Positions 57,501-64,000 of a stretch of DNA of 64,000 nucleotides are shown here, piece after piece. The notes under the pieces are model-generated. The model saw only the letters and a program-made list of their open reading frames with translations, ran no database searches and had not been told where the DNA came from. Source of the stretch: Tubiluchus corallicola (Eukaryota; Animalia; Priapulida); NCBI GenBank assembly GCA_030141605.1, contig JAQGDQ010000580.1:72027-136026 (forward strand), written 5' to 3'. Each line of letters starts with the position of its first letter. Positions within the stretch are counted from its first letter, which is position 1. Made by a program: the position numbers and the translations under genes.

Positions 57501-60500
57501 CACCAGAATCTTCTTGTTTCACCCCAGTTTGTATTTATTATTTACGCCTTTTTGTTTTTCAATAACTCGCACACGCACAAGGCTAGGTTCACAAAACTTA
57601 CAGGGTGCACTAGCCTGGTAAGGGGATCTATTTTTCCGTTAGGCTGTTTTTTTTTGTTTTTTCATTAGGCTGGATTTCTCCTACAGTTTTTGAGTTAGGG
57701 CCACAACCTAGGCAAGTGGCAATGTGGTGTTGAGTTGTTGTGCATGGCTGAATATGAGCCATTTGCGTAAGGGAAAATTTTTTGGTAGAAAATCGAGGGT
57801 GTTGGGGGCACCAAGGCTTCGAGGTTCGAGTAACAGTGTCATGTAATATACCAAATGAAAGGTCTTGATGAGACGAATCGAATGATATAAGTTTCGCTGA
57901 TTCTACTGAACCCTGGACCTCAATATGGTGGGTTAAAGATAAGAACATGCAATTCTAGTGTAGAAATGTTAGCGAAACATCATCGAGAAAAAGCTTTTGT
58001 CGGGCTTGTTATGGGGCTGTTTACAAGAGTTTTATAACTCTTTAGAAAGAGAGGAAGCTGGGCTATAAGATGATATAAGTTTTTTTCTGAAAACATCTAA
58101 ATGAGCACGAACATTGGATCAAGGAATTCCAGGCTAAACAACGGAACTTTCACATGTGAAACCAGATTCTCACACAATGCAGATGACACCATAGTCTGCC
58201 TCAGTATTATAGCCATTATAAATTGAGCATGATTGATCGAAAGACACATGGTTAGAGAACCTAAAAGTTCAGGTTCAAATCCACTTAAAGCTTATTAAGC
58301 ATAACAGTATTTGCATACATGTTAACTATTTTGAAAATTTTTTTTAATTTTACAAATAAAAGCTCACACATAAAGTGTCTGCTTTCACAGAAGCAGAATC
58401 TTATCACAGTTCTTGACACAGTCAAAAACGTCCACTAGTTTATTATTACTTTTGAAGTTAAATATTTGAAAATAAATCTTCGTTTCTCTGTATCTTTGTT
58501 TTTTTTTGTAACAAAGCATTGTATCAATTGTTTTAACAATTTAAATAAATTCTTTTAATGTGACTTTGATTTGATTTCCATGAAACGAATTAAATTGTTA
58601 AAAAAATCTTTACAAAAACAGCTTCTAATTTCTTGTTACCTTCAAAGTAAGCACCTATAGCATAATATAAATGGAATTTTTAGTGCGCCCATGACTATTT
58701 AATGTGATTCTCATACCTTGCTCTTCTTTGCATGTACACTTAGCCTGCAGTCGATCTGCTTTAACAAAATGATCTTTTGATTTCTCACTAAGAATATCGC
58801 ACAATGAGAAGAACCTACAATCAGCAAAATTAGAACTAATCAGGAAATGGCTTGCTTTTAGTTTTACCCGGCTTAGAATAATAAAATGTATGTCAGTGAG
58901 GAATTAATTGTGCATCAGTAAGTTGAAGGTTTTTCTACACTGCTTACAGGTTGTTTGTATTTATGGTTTCAGAAGCTTGCAACAAGACAAGAAACTAATG
59001 AATAATAAAGCTCTTTAATGAAAAAGAGTAAAAGCACTAATGGCATAAAGAAGAAAGTAAAGTGAAATAAGATGGCCTCGCAAACAATGTGCTAATAGAA
59101 ACCTACGACGCTAACAAATATTTTAACAAGCAGGGCTGTCCTTAAGCCAATTGGACTAATTTTGCCCAACTGGACCCTGCGCCTCAGGGGGCTCTACCTT
59201 AAAAAGAAGAGCATGTGCAATCTACTATCGGCTTTTCCTGTACATGCAATAATGCACTGCAAAGAGTGATCACTGTCATCTTTATTCTGTCAGTTATTGC
59301 CTTACTGCCATCAGCTTTAAGTTTGTGTAGCTGTTAAGCCTATGCAATGTCTACATAAGCATAAGCAATCTAAAAGATAATTTCCAAATTTAGGTTTAAC
59401 AGTTAGAGCACAACATTTATAAATATCGCTATTTTTGCTTAAACCTTCTATAGACGTAACTGGTGGAGGTTTGATGATAATGGTAAAAATGTAATGGCAA
59501 CAACAGATGATAAAAATGTAGCTGCACTAGTTCTACTTTGCATACTTGTACTTATAATATATATGAATGCTTATTTAAAAGAGACTTATAAAACAGTGTC
59601 AGTTGATGAAATTATTATGCTGCATTTTTTACACATGCATCACTGAGAGCTCTGTAGCAATATATAAAGTAGCATACATTCAAACAGCTCTAAGCAGACT
59701 CTAAGAACAGGGTCTCCACAAAGTACTTTTACTTTTAAATAATTCTTAGAAATCAAAAATACTATTTTGTAATGAGGCTTGCTTCCAGGCTCCAGCATTG
59801 CTGTTCAGTTGCATTTTCATTTTTTCATAATAAAAAAATTTATATTTTAGTAAATCACTTCACAGTCATTAAAACAAGTAATGTTGTACACATGTACTCT
59901 TCAGTAGTGACCAACACTTGCCAGACTTACATGTATGCAAAATATGTAAAAATGTAACTGCCCATTAAATGCATTGGTCCATTAACTCATACACACTACT
60001 ATGTTTAAGAGCGTATTTTAACTGCTTTCCATTCTGCCGTAGAAAAGTAAATAAAGCCTATAATAGCATATTTTCACGATTCTAAAGACTTTGGCTAGGT
60101 GCCTACGGCTGACCAGTTTGTTTCCAGCAGGGCGCTGTTAACAAGTGAACATACCTAATATGATGATTTAACTAAATGTACAAAAAACTTTTATTAATTA
60201 GTTTCTTGTAAAAATAAATGAAACTTACATCCAAGTTAACTCTTCGTCCATCAGTAACTTATTGCAACCGATGTGCTTCCATACTGAAAAACTACAAAAC
60301 AGCTTTGCAGTAACTCTTAAATTGAACAAATATGATTATAACATTACAAATGGTTTCAAAATACTCATTTATATTGCAACTCAGTTGAACAGCATACCTC
60401 AGTCTAGGAAACCCTTGTGGTCCCTTAGTTTTCGCATAGGTGATTATTTTTTTAATATTCTGAAAATTTAAAGAAATAATTTATGTTAGAACTGTCTTTA

Positions 60501-61462
60501 GGAAATACTTCTAAAAACACATATTAAATACAATAATTGCAGTAATCCATATAAAAACATACATGACACAACCAGTGCTAAGAAGCATGACATTTTCTGT
60601 TACCTTGAATCCATTAGTTAAATGTAGTAACTAAATTCAATTAGTGGTAGCTCACTAGAAATTTATGGGAACATTAATTGTGTATCCATCTATATAACCC
60701 AACACATAGAGGGGAAATTGTATGTATATGAAGTGCATATATATATTCGAGGCTACAGCTCCAACAACGGCATCATTTGCGGGGATCTATATATCAAACG
60801 AAAGGTCTCGATCTAGTGTCGTGCCGTTGGGGTTTTTTTCGAATCGGGCCCACCGGAGCGAACGGGGGGCAAAAAACCTCTAAAAATGGCTATTTTTCGG
60901 CCGTTTTTTGCAAAACTTATACCTCTTATCTCTGGAGAATGTGAACGGACCGAGGGCGGTGCCAGCCCTGGATAGATAGCCCGTTCAACGGTGGGTGTAG
61001 TAGGCATATTTTGAATTCGCGAGAAGGCCACGGCGTCCCGCAATGGACGTTTTCCCAGACCCAAATTGCGATTTTTTGGAAATTTTGGTCAAACAGCCTG
61101 CAGAAAAAATGTTCTAGTGGCACCTGGTGGGACTCTCGAAAGGAGATATATAGCTCTTTAGAAAGAAGAAGAACAGGGCTACACGATGGTGTGAGCTATA
61201 TTTTAGGACACATCCACCAAGAGGAGTAGCGAGGAGTTAATTAGATGTTCCTTTTATGCCAATTTTCGCTTGAAAAACTGCTGACACCAAGCCATTGTTC
61301 TGACGTCGTGCATTATACTCTGTCTGTAACCTTATAACTTTAATTCAGTAAAAGCTGTTGCTGGCTTTGCGTTAGGTAAATAAACGAACATTAGGTAGAA
61401 TGTTCGAGCATTGTTGATTATAAGTGTATTTATACTCAAAATTTTTTGCGGGGCCTTTGCTA

Positions 61463-61497
<35 letters not shown>

Positions 61498-61646
61498 TCT
61501 AAAAGCAAATTTGTCATAGTGTAGGGTCTTACAAAGAATGTTCAACTTACATGCAAGCCCAGTCTGCTGTGCGGTGGAAGATGCAATGCACCAAAGTTGA
61601 ATGGTTCCGGCTTCACCCAAAGCACAATATCAGACTGCTCAGTCAT
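48488..61646 (-). CDS. TBCCD1: TBCC domain-containing protein 1 (centrosome/basal-body positioning protein), complete CDS, 17 coding exons, 565 aa
   Basis: Exons (high to low): 61551-61646, 60398-60459, 60229-60291, 58717-58814, 56814-56922, 56396-56456, 54538-54613, 54291-54448, 53961-54081, 53627-53708, 53000-53048, 52444-52523, 51962-52084, 50292-50467, 49519-49616, 48972-49121, 48488-48583; 1698 nt in one open frame. Matches recalled human TBCCD1 end to end: LWVKPEPFNFGAL, FPRLSFSVWKHIGCNKL, SVDTYHFVLLLFIQHLNKISLRSSL..EEWP, NPFGVSSC, VKVHRCNNSFIYLLAPMRSVIVQKCRNS, APYHSFY..LEEHM, FSIPFEMPG, QREEQINVWQ, VENKFQEWLVETGHKKELDGLV. Confidence 0.95.
48972..49121 (-). CDS. TBCCD1: TBCCD1 coding exon 16
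   Basis: VIPGSLPDEFATVVAQREEQINVWQASVKQAGLTRQQKKQFQTIVENKFQ. Confidence 0.94.
49519..49616 (-). CDS. TBCCD1: TBCCD1 coding exon 15 (GC donor)
   Basis: KDYKVDGSVWRIMDPKNFYLFSIPFEMPGQTK; donor AAG|gcaagt. Confidence 0.88.
50292..50467 (-). CDS. TBCCD1: TBCCD1 coding exon 14
   Basis: STSSCIVHVMSQNRPMVLPNCSDVIIAPYHSFYAQLEEHMRTLGLSTKPNLWNCIYSI. Confidence 0.93.
50661..50860 (+). mobile_element. Tigger/pogo-like left terminus
   Basis: CAGTGTTCCCTCACTTATCACGGGTGTTCCGTTCCAGGCCCACCCGCGATAAGTGAATTTCCG, the typical Tigger TIR with an internal palindrome; right end not found. Confidence 0.6.
51024..51738 (+). mobile_element. Helentron-associated interspersed element (HINE / DINE-1-like)
   Basis: 5' subTIR-like accccatcaagaagg, (TAGT)n microsatellite, core acaaagttacgcaaaaact...ataaaactttg, 3' ccttggcagaagt followed by ctctactgagtg and ctagtt. 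Confidence 0.7.
51296..51515. repeat. Perfect 110-bp tandem duplication
   Basis: 51296-51405 is identical to 51406-51515. Confidence 0.95.
51962..52084 (-). CDS. TBCCD1: TBCCD1 coding exon 13
   Basis: SVIVQKCRNSTIVLGAVETVVQVTSCSSIKIIAVCRQLIV. Confidence 0.93.
52444..52523 (-). CDS. TBCCD1: TBCCD1 coding exon 12
   Basis: MGSTLRSASVKVHRCNNSFIYLLAPM(R). Confidence 0.93.
52747..52911. mobile_element. Small degraded pogo/Tc1-type MITE
   Basis: Ends tacagaatcaaa and gagggttgaatgta; internal ttataatgagg repeated twice. Confidence 0.35.
53000..53048 (-). CDS. TBCCD1: TBCCD1 coding exon 11
   Basis: YKTVILSQLCKRTIGR; atatag / gtaagt. Confidence 0.88.
53627..53708 (-). CDS. TBCCD1: TBCCD1 coding exon 10
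   Basis: ASAVDNSILPAVPGARLVSNENYAPP; atttag / gtaagt; phases fit both neighbours. Confidence 0.85.
53961..54081 (-). CDS. TBCCD1: TBCCD1 coding exon 9
   Basis: AHNAFGFKTLRSWLQTSLAVNPFGVSSCISGGRRLSWPLG. Confidence 0.93.
54291..54448 (-). CDS. TBCCD1: TBCCD1 coding exon 8
   Basis: LINRHGEAMIDAEAIESLGWLIGGSIDRGRSATPLHAIATIPNLTTITGYSK. Confidence 0.9.
54538..54613 (-). CDS. TBCCD1: TBCCD1 coding exon 7
   Basis: SLDEHNHLSFVVSNLTSILELLTNT. Confidence 0.9.
55150..56100 (+). mobile_element. Decayed non-LTR retrotransposon reverse-transcriptase region
   Basis: NYRSVPLTSCIVKIVDWII (cf. NYRPISLTS..K..E.II), KANDRV (cf. KAFDRV), GTRQG and a *ADKI remnant (cf. YADDI), in order, with many disablements. 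Confidence 0.65.
56396..56456 (-). CDS. TBCCD1: TBCCD1 coding exon 6
   Basis: WPLRTRSPDLENKGSPAGSR (cf. human WPSPRNKSQSPDL). Confidence 0.9.
56457..56813 (-). other. Putative U12-type (minor spliceosome) GT-AG intron of TBCCD1
   Basis: 5' splice site GTATCTTTTC; branch site TTTCCTTAAT (56470-56479) 13 nt from the end of the intron; no polypyrimidine tract; phase 2. Confidence 0.8.
56814..56922 (-). CDS. TBCCD1: TBCCD1 coding exon 5
   Basis: KVRSQMSVDTYHFVLLLFIQHLNKISLRSSLIPGE(E). Confidence 0.92.
57505..58150 (+). mobile_element. Helentron/DINE-like non-autonomous element (partial)
   Basis: caataactcg...caaaacttacaggg core and ATACCAAATGAAAGGTCTTGATGAGACGAATCG motif related to motifs in the 51.0 and 60.7 kb elements; boundaries approximate. 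Confidence 0.5.
58717..58814 (-). CDS. TBCCD1: TBCCD1 coding exon 4
   Basis: FFSLCDILSEKSKDHFVKADRLQAKCTCKEEQ. Confidence 0.88.
60229..60291 (-). CDS. TBCCD1: TBCCD1 coding exon 3
   Basis: FSVWKHIGCNKLLMDEELTW(M); ttgtag / gtaagt. Confidence 0.9.
60398..60459 (-). CDS. TBCCD1: TBCCD1 coding exon 2
   Basis: NIKKIITYAKTKGPQGFPRL(S). Confidence 0.9.
60689..61463 (+). mobile_element. Non-autonomous Helitron, apparently full length, in TBCCD1 intron 1
   Basis: A|TCTATATA 5' end and GCGGGGCCTTTGCTAG|T 3' end (canonical TC...CTAG inserted between A and T); second copy at 39735-40044. Confidence 0.75.
61464..61493. repeat. (TA)n microsatellite
   Basis: About 15 TA units directly after the Helitron 3' end. 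Confidence 0.9.
61551..61646 (-). CDS. TBCCD1: TBCCD1 coding exon 1 (start codon)
   Basis: MTEQSDIVLWVKPEPFNFGALHLPPHSRLGLH; AAAATG context; donor gtaagt. Confidence 0.93.
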
Positions 61647-61941
61647 TTTAGAAAACGGAACAAATTTCTTTGCCCTTAGACTTGCAAAAAAATGCAAACA
61701 CAGTTACACTCAAGTTTTGGAGATTTTATTCACCTGTCACAGTGCACTGTGCAGAATCTTTAAGTACTACTACACTGAGCAGTTATGGCAAGTCACCAAA
61801 TAGTAATGCTACTGCGATCCAGTAAAACATGAAATTAAGCGAAATGTCATTTAACAAAAATAAACTTAAACTTTTTATAAAATATAATGCAAGTGTCCAT
61901 GTGCATTCCAGGAGTTTAAATCAACAATTATAGCTTAAATA

Positions 61942-62926
61942 CAGTAGGTGCCGTTTACTAGACTCATGGTTAATAGACTCAATCACTTAAGTGATTCAAA
62001 AAATGCCTGGAACGGGCCATTTCTATTCAAATGTACATAAAAACTGTTGGTAATTGACTCAAATAACTCCGCTGAATTGACTTAATATTTTTGCTTCACA
62101 TGCTTCAATAAGGCACTTTCGAGTGACTAATAAACTTTTATGACTTTTATATCATCTTAGTTGGCTATAATATACATAGAAACAATCATGTTAAGTACCA
62201 TTTTGTTTGTAAGCAGGAACTTTTATCATACGCTAATTATGATAGCCTAATGGATTGCTTTGACCCGCCCGTCCACTGCAATTAACCTCGTTGCCCAAGA
62301 ATTCCTGGAAGTTAAACATTTAATCACTTACTTAGCGGTTTGCTTTTGAAGCTCTGACTATCTTTGCCAGGAAGTTTAATCAGTTAGATGTTGTTATTAT
62401 GCCAGGGACACAGGTAGTGTACAGTAAGTACATCACAATTATAGTAAGCCGGAGCTCAGGCAAAACTACAGATAAATCTACTTGCAGGGAAACCTGGGCA
62501 CCACCAAAGGTTTAAGCACGCCAAGAACTAAGTATTTTACGAGAATTTGTGCATCATACAACAGATTTTCAACGTTTTTATCATTATGAGGACTTTGTGA
62601 ACCAACTTCTTCGCGATAAAATGAAGCACTCTACTCTGAAGGAATTTTTGTAATATTTGCAAATAAACAGACTTATGTGATTTAGGAAGGTATACTTTTT
62701 AATTTATTGCTAATTCACTTATATAGATTAATACTTTAAAATATTTTTTCTAATTTTTGACTGCACAAAGGAATTTAGGCATTACTTCGTTTCTAAAATT
62801 CATTAAAAACTTTTGCAGGGATAGTAAGCTGATGACTCATATTACACCCATCGGTTAATAGGTTCAGTTGGTTAATTGGGTCAAAACACTTTGGTCCCAA
62901 AGAGAGTCTATTAAGCACGCCCACTG
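61942..62926. mobile_element. Non-autonomous pogo/Tigger-type DNA transposon (985 bp)
   Basis: TA|CAGTAGGTGCCGTTTACTAGACTC ... GAGTCTATTAAGCACGCCCACTG|TA: imperfect TIRs with TA target duplication; subterminal ggttaatag repeats. Confidence 0.7.
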
Positions 62927-63338
62927 TAGTAATACTAAAGGAGTGTTCATGCTTTAGCTTACCTTACAATTTACCACATAAAATTAAGGAAAACAGAGTT
63001 GAACTCAGCTGCTCTTCCTTTTTAAAAATGCCTTAAAGCATTTAGTCGATGATGCATCCGTAATTGCAATAGGGCAATTTGTTCCACGCACTACCTGGGA
63101 AACAAAAAATATTGGAAGATATTGGTTCAGGAATAAGGAACAGACAGTTTCGAGAGATGTAGTATTTAAAGAACTATCTAGATTTTCACATTTCGTTACG
63201 CCGGCTTCATTACTTTTACGTTTAATAACAAACTGTACAGTTGCTTTCGTTTATTTTATTTTGAAGTTCAACGAACACTAAGCAACCAAGCATCATCGTC
63301 TTAGGTGCTTCCGTTACGCAACAAAGCATCACTCATAA

Positions 63339-63600
63339 TTAATGATGCCAAACTACCCGCTCTGTTGTCGCATTCCAAGTATCTATGTTGTTTAAGTCAA
63401 GCGGAGTATTTAATAAATCTTTCTTCAGAACATCCAAATACGTGATCAGCTGTCCCACTCTTGGCTTCTTCCTAAGTATTAGTGCTTGATGTAACGCTGT
63501 AGTAACTAGAGTCCTTTTACTACAACTAAGCAACTATGCAAAACATTCTTACCAAAGCTACTAGCGTGAGAGATCCTTAGCCATGCGCACCTGCTGTATT
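63339..63600 (-). mobile_element. RTE-like LINE ORF C-terminal remnant
   Basis: RKKPRVGQLITYLDVLKKDL...W...TERVVWH resembles the RTE C-terminal R..GRP..TW.D...KDL...W.....R..WR motif. Confidence 0.45.
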
Positions 63601-64000
63601 TGATTCAGTTGCGCTTTACATTCCTTTAAAGATGCAAACAGCAGGTGTAGTCAAAGCTCCATAGTTATATCGTAACGTATTTTTATTTGAAAACTCAACT
63701 GCAAATTCACCTGCAACCACCCGCCAGTCGCAAAAGCATAATTATGTTCTTCATGGTCTATTTACTTCATGATGAATAGTTTTTGAATATAGAACATTAT
63801 TTTAAACGCATGATAAATTTTATCGTTTCAAAGTTTTATTTTCAATGATGTACTACAGTGACACCACTAGTGATGTTATATGTAATGATTACTACATAAC
63901 GAATGCAAACTAGATCTTTCAACACGTTCAATAAAACATTGCTCTAATATACCAATTCACTCAATTGTCGGTGATAAGGGCTTCTAGCAAGCACATTACA

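Noticed and set aside
58246-58285. tRNA-like A box (TGGTTAGAG) and B box (GGTTCAAATCC)
   Set aside because: Spacing too short and no acceptor or anticodon stems; at most a SINE relic. The same applies near 4843, 13224 and 32917.

Overview
AT-rich, intron-rich animal genomic DNA, probably from a protostome invertebrate (inferred from the GRK PH-domain sequence); it is not prokaryotic. I reconstructed two spliced genes by hand, both on the minus strand and head-to-tail. (1) A complete TBCCD1 (TBCC domain-containing protein 1): 17 coding exons, ATG at 61646, TGA at 48488, 565 aa. (2) A GRK2/3-type G protein-coupled receptor kinase (beta-ARK/Gprk1): ATG at 46488, 18 coding exons (599 codons) down to 858, with the rest of the PH domain lying left of the window. 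TBCCD1 carries a putative minor-spliceosome (U12-type GT-AG) intron and a GC-AG intron. The introns hold decayed mobile elements (Helitron/Helentron derivatives, hAT, pogo/Tigger MITEs, CR1/RTE-type LINE pieces, and weaker Transib-, piggyBac- and Merlin-like fossils), microsatellites and local tandem duplications. Almost all ORFs in the supplied track are spurious or single-exon fragments. I found no convincing novel multi-gene system. All homology calls rest on recalled family motifs, not database searches.
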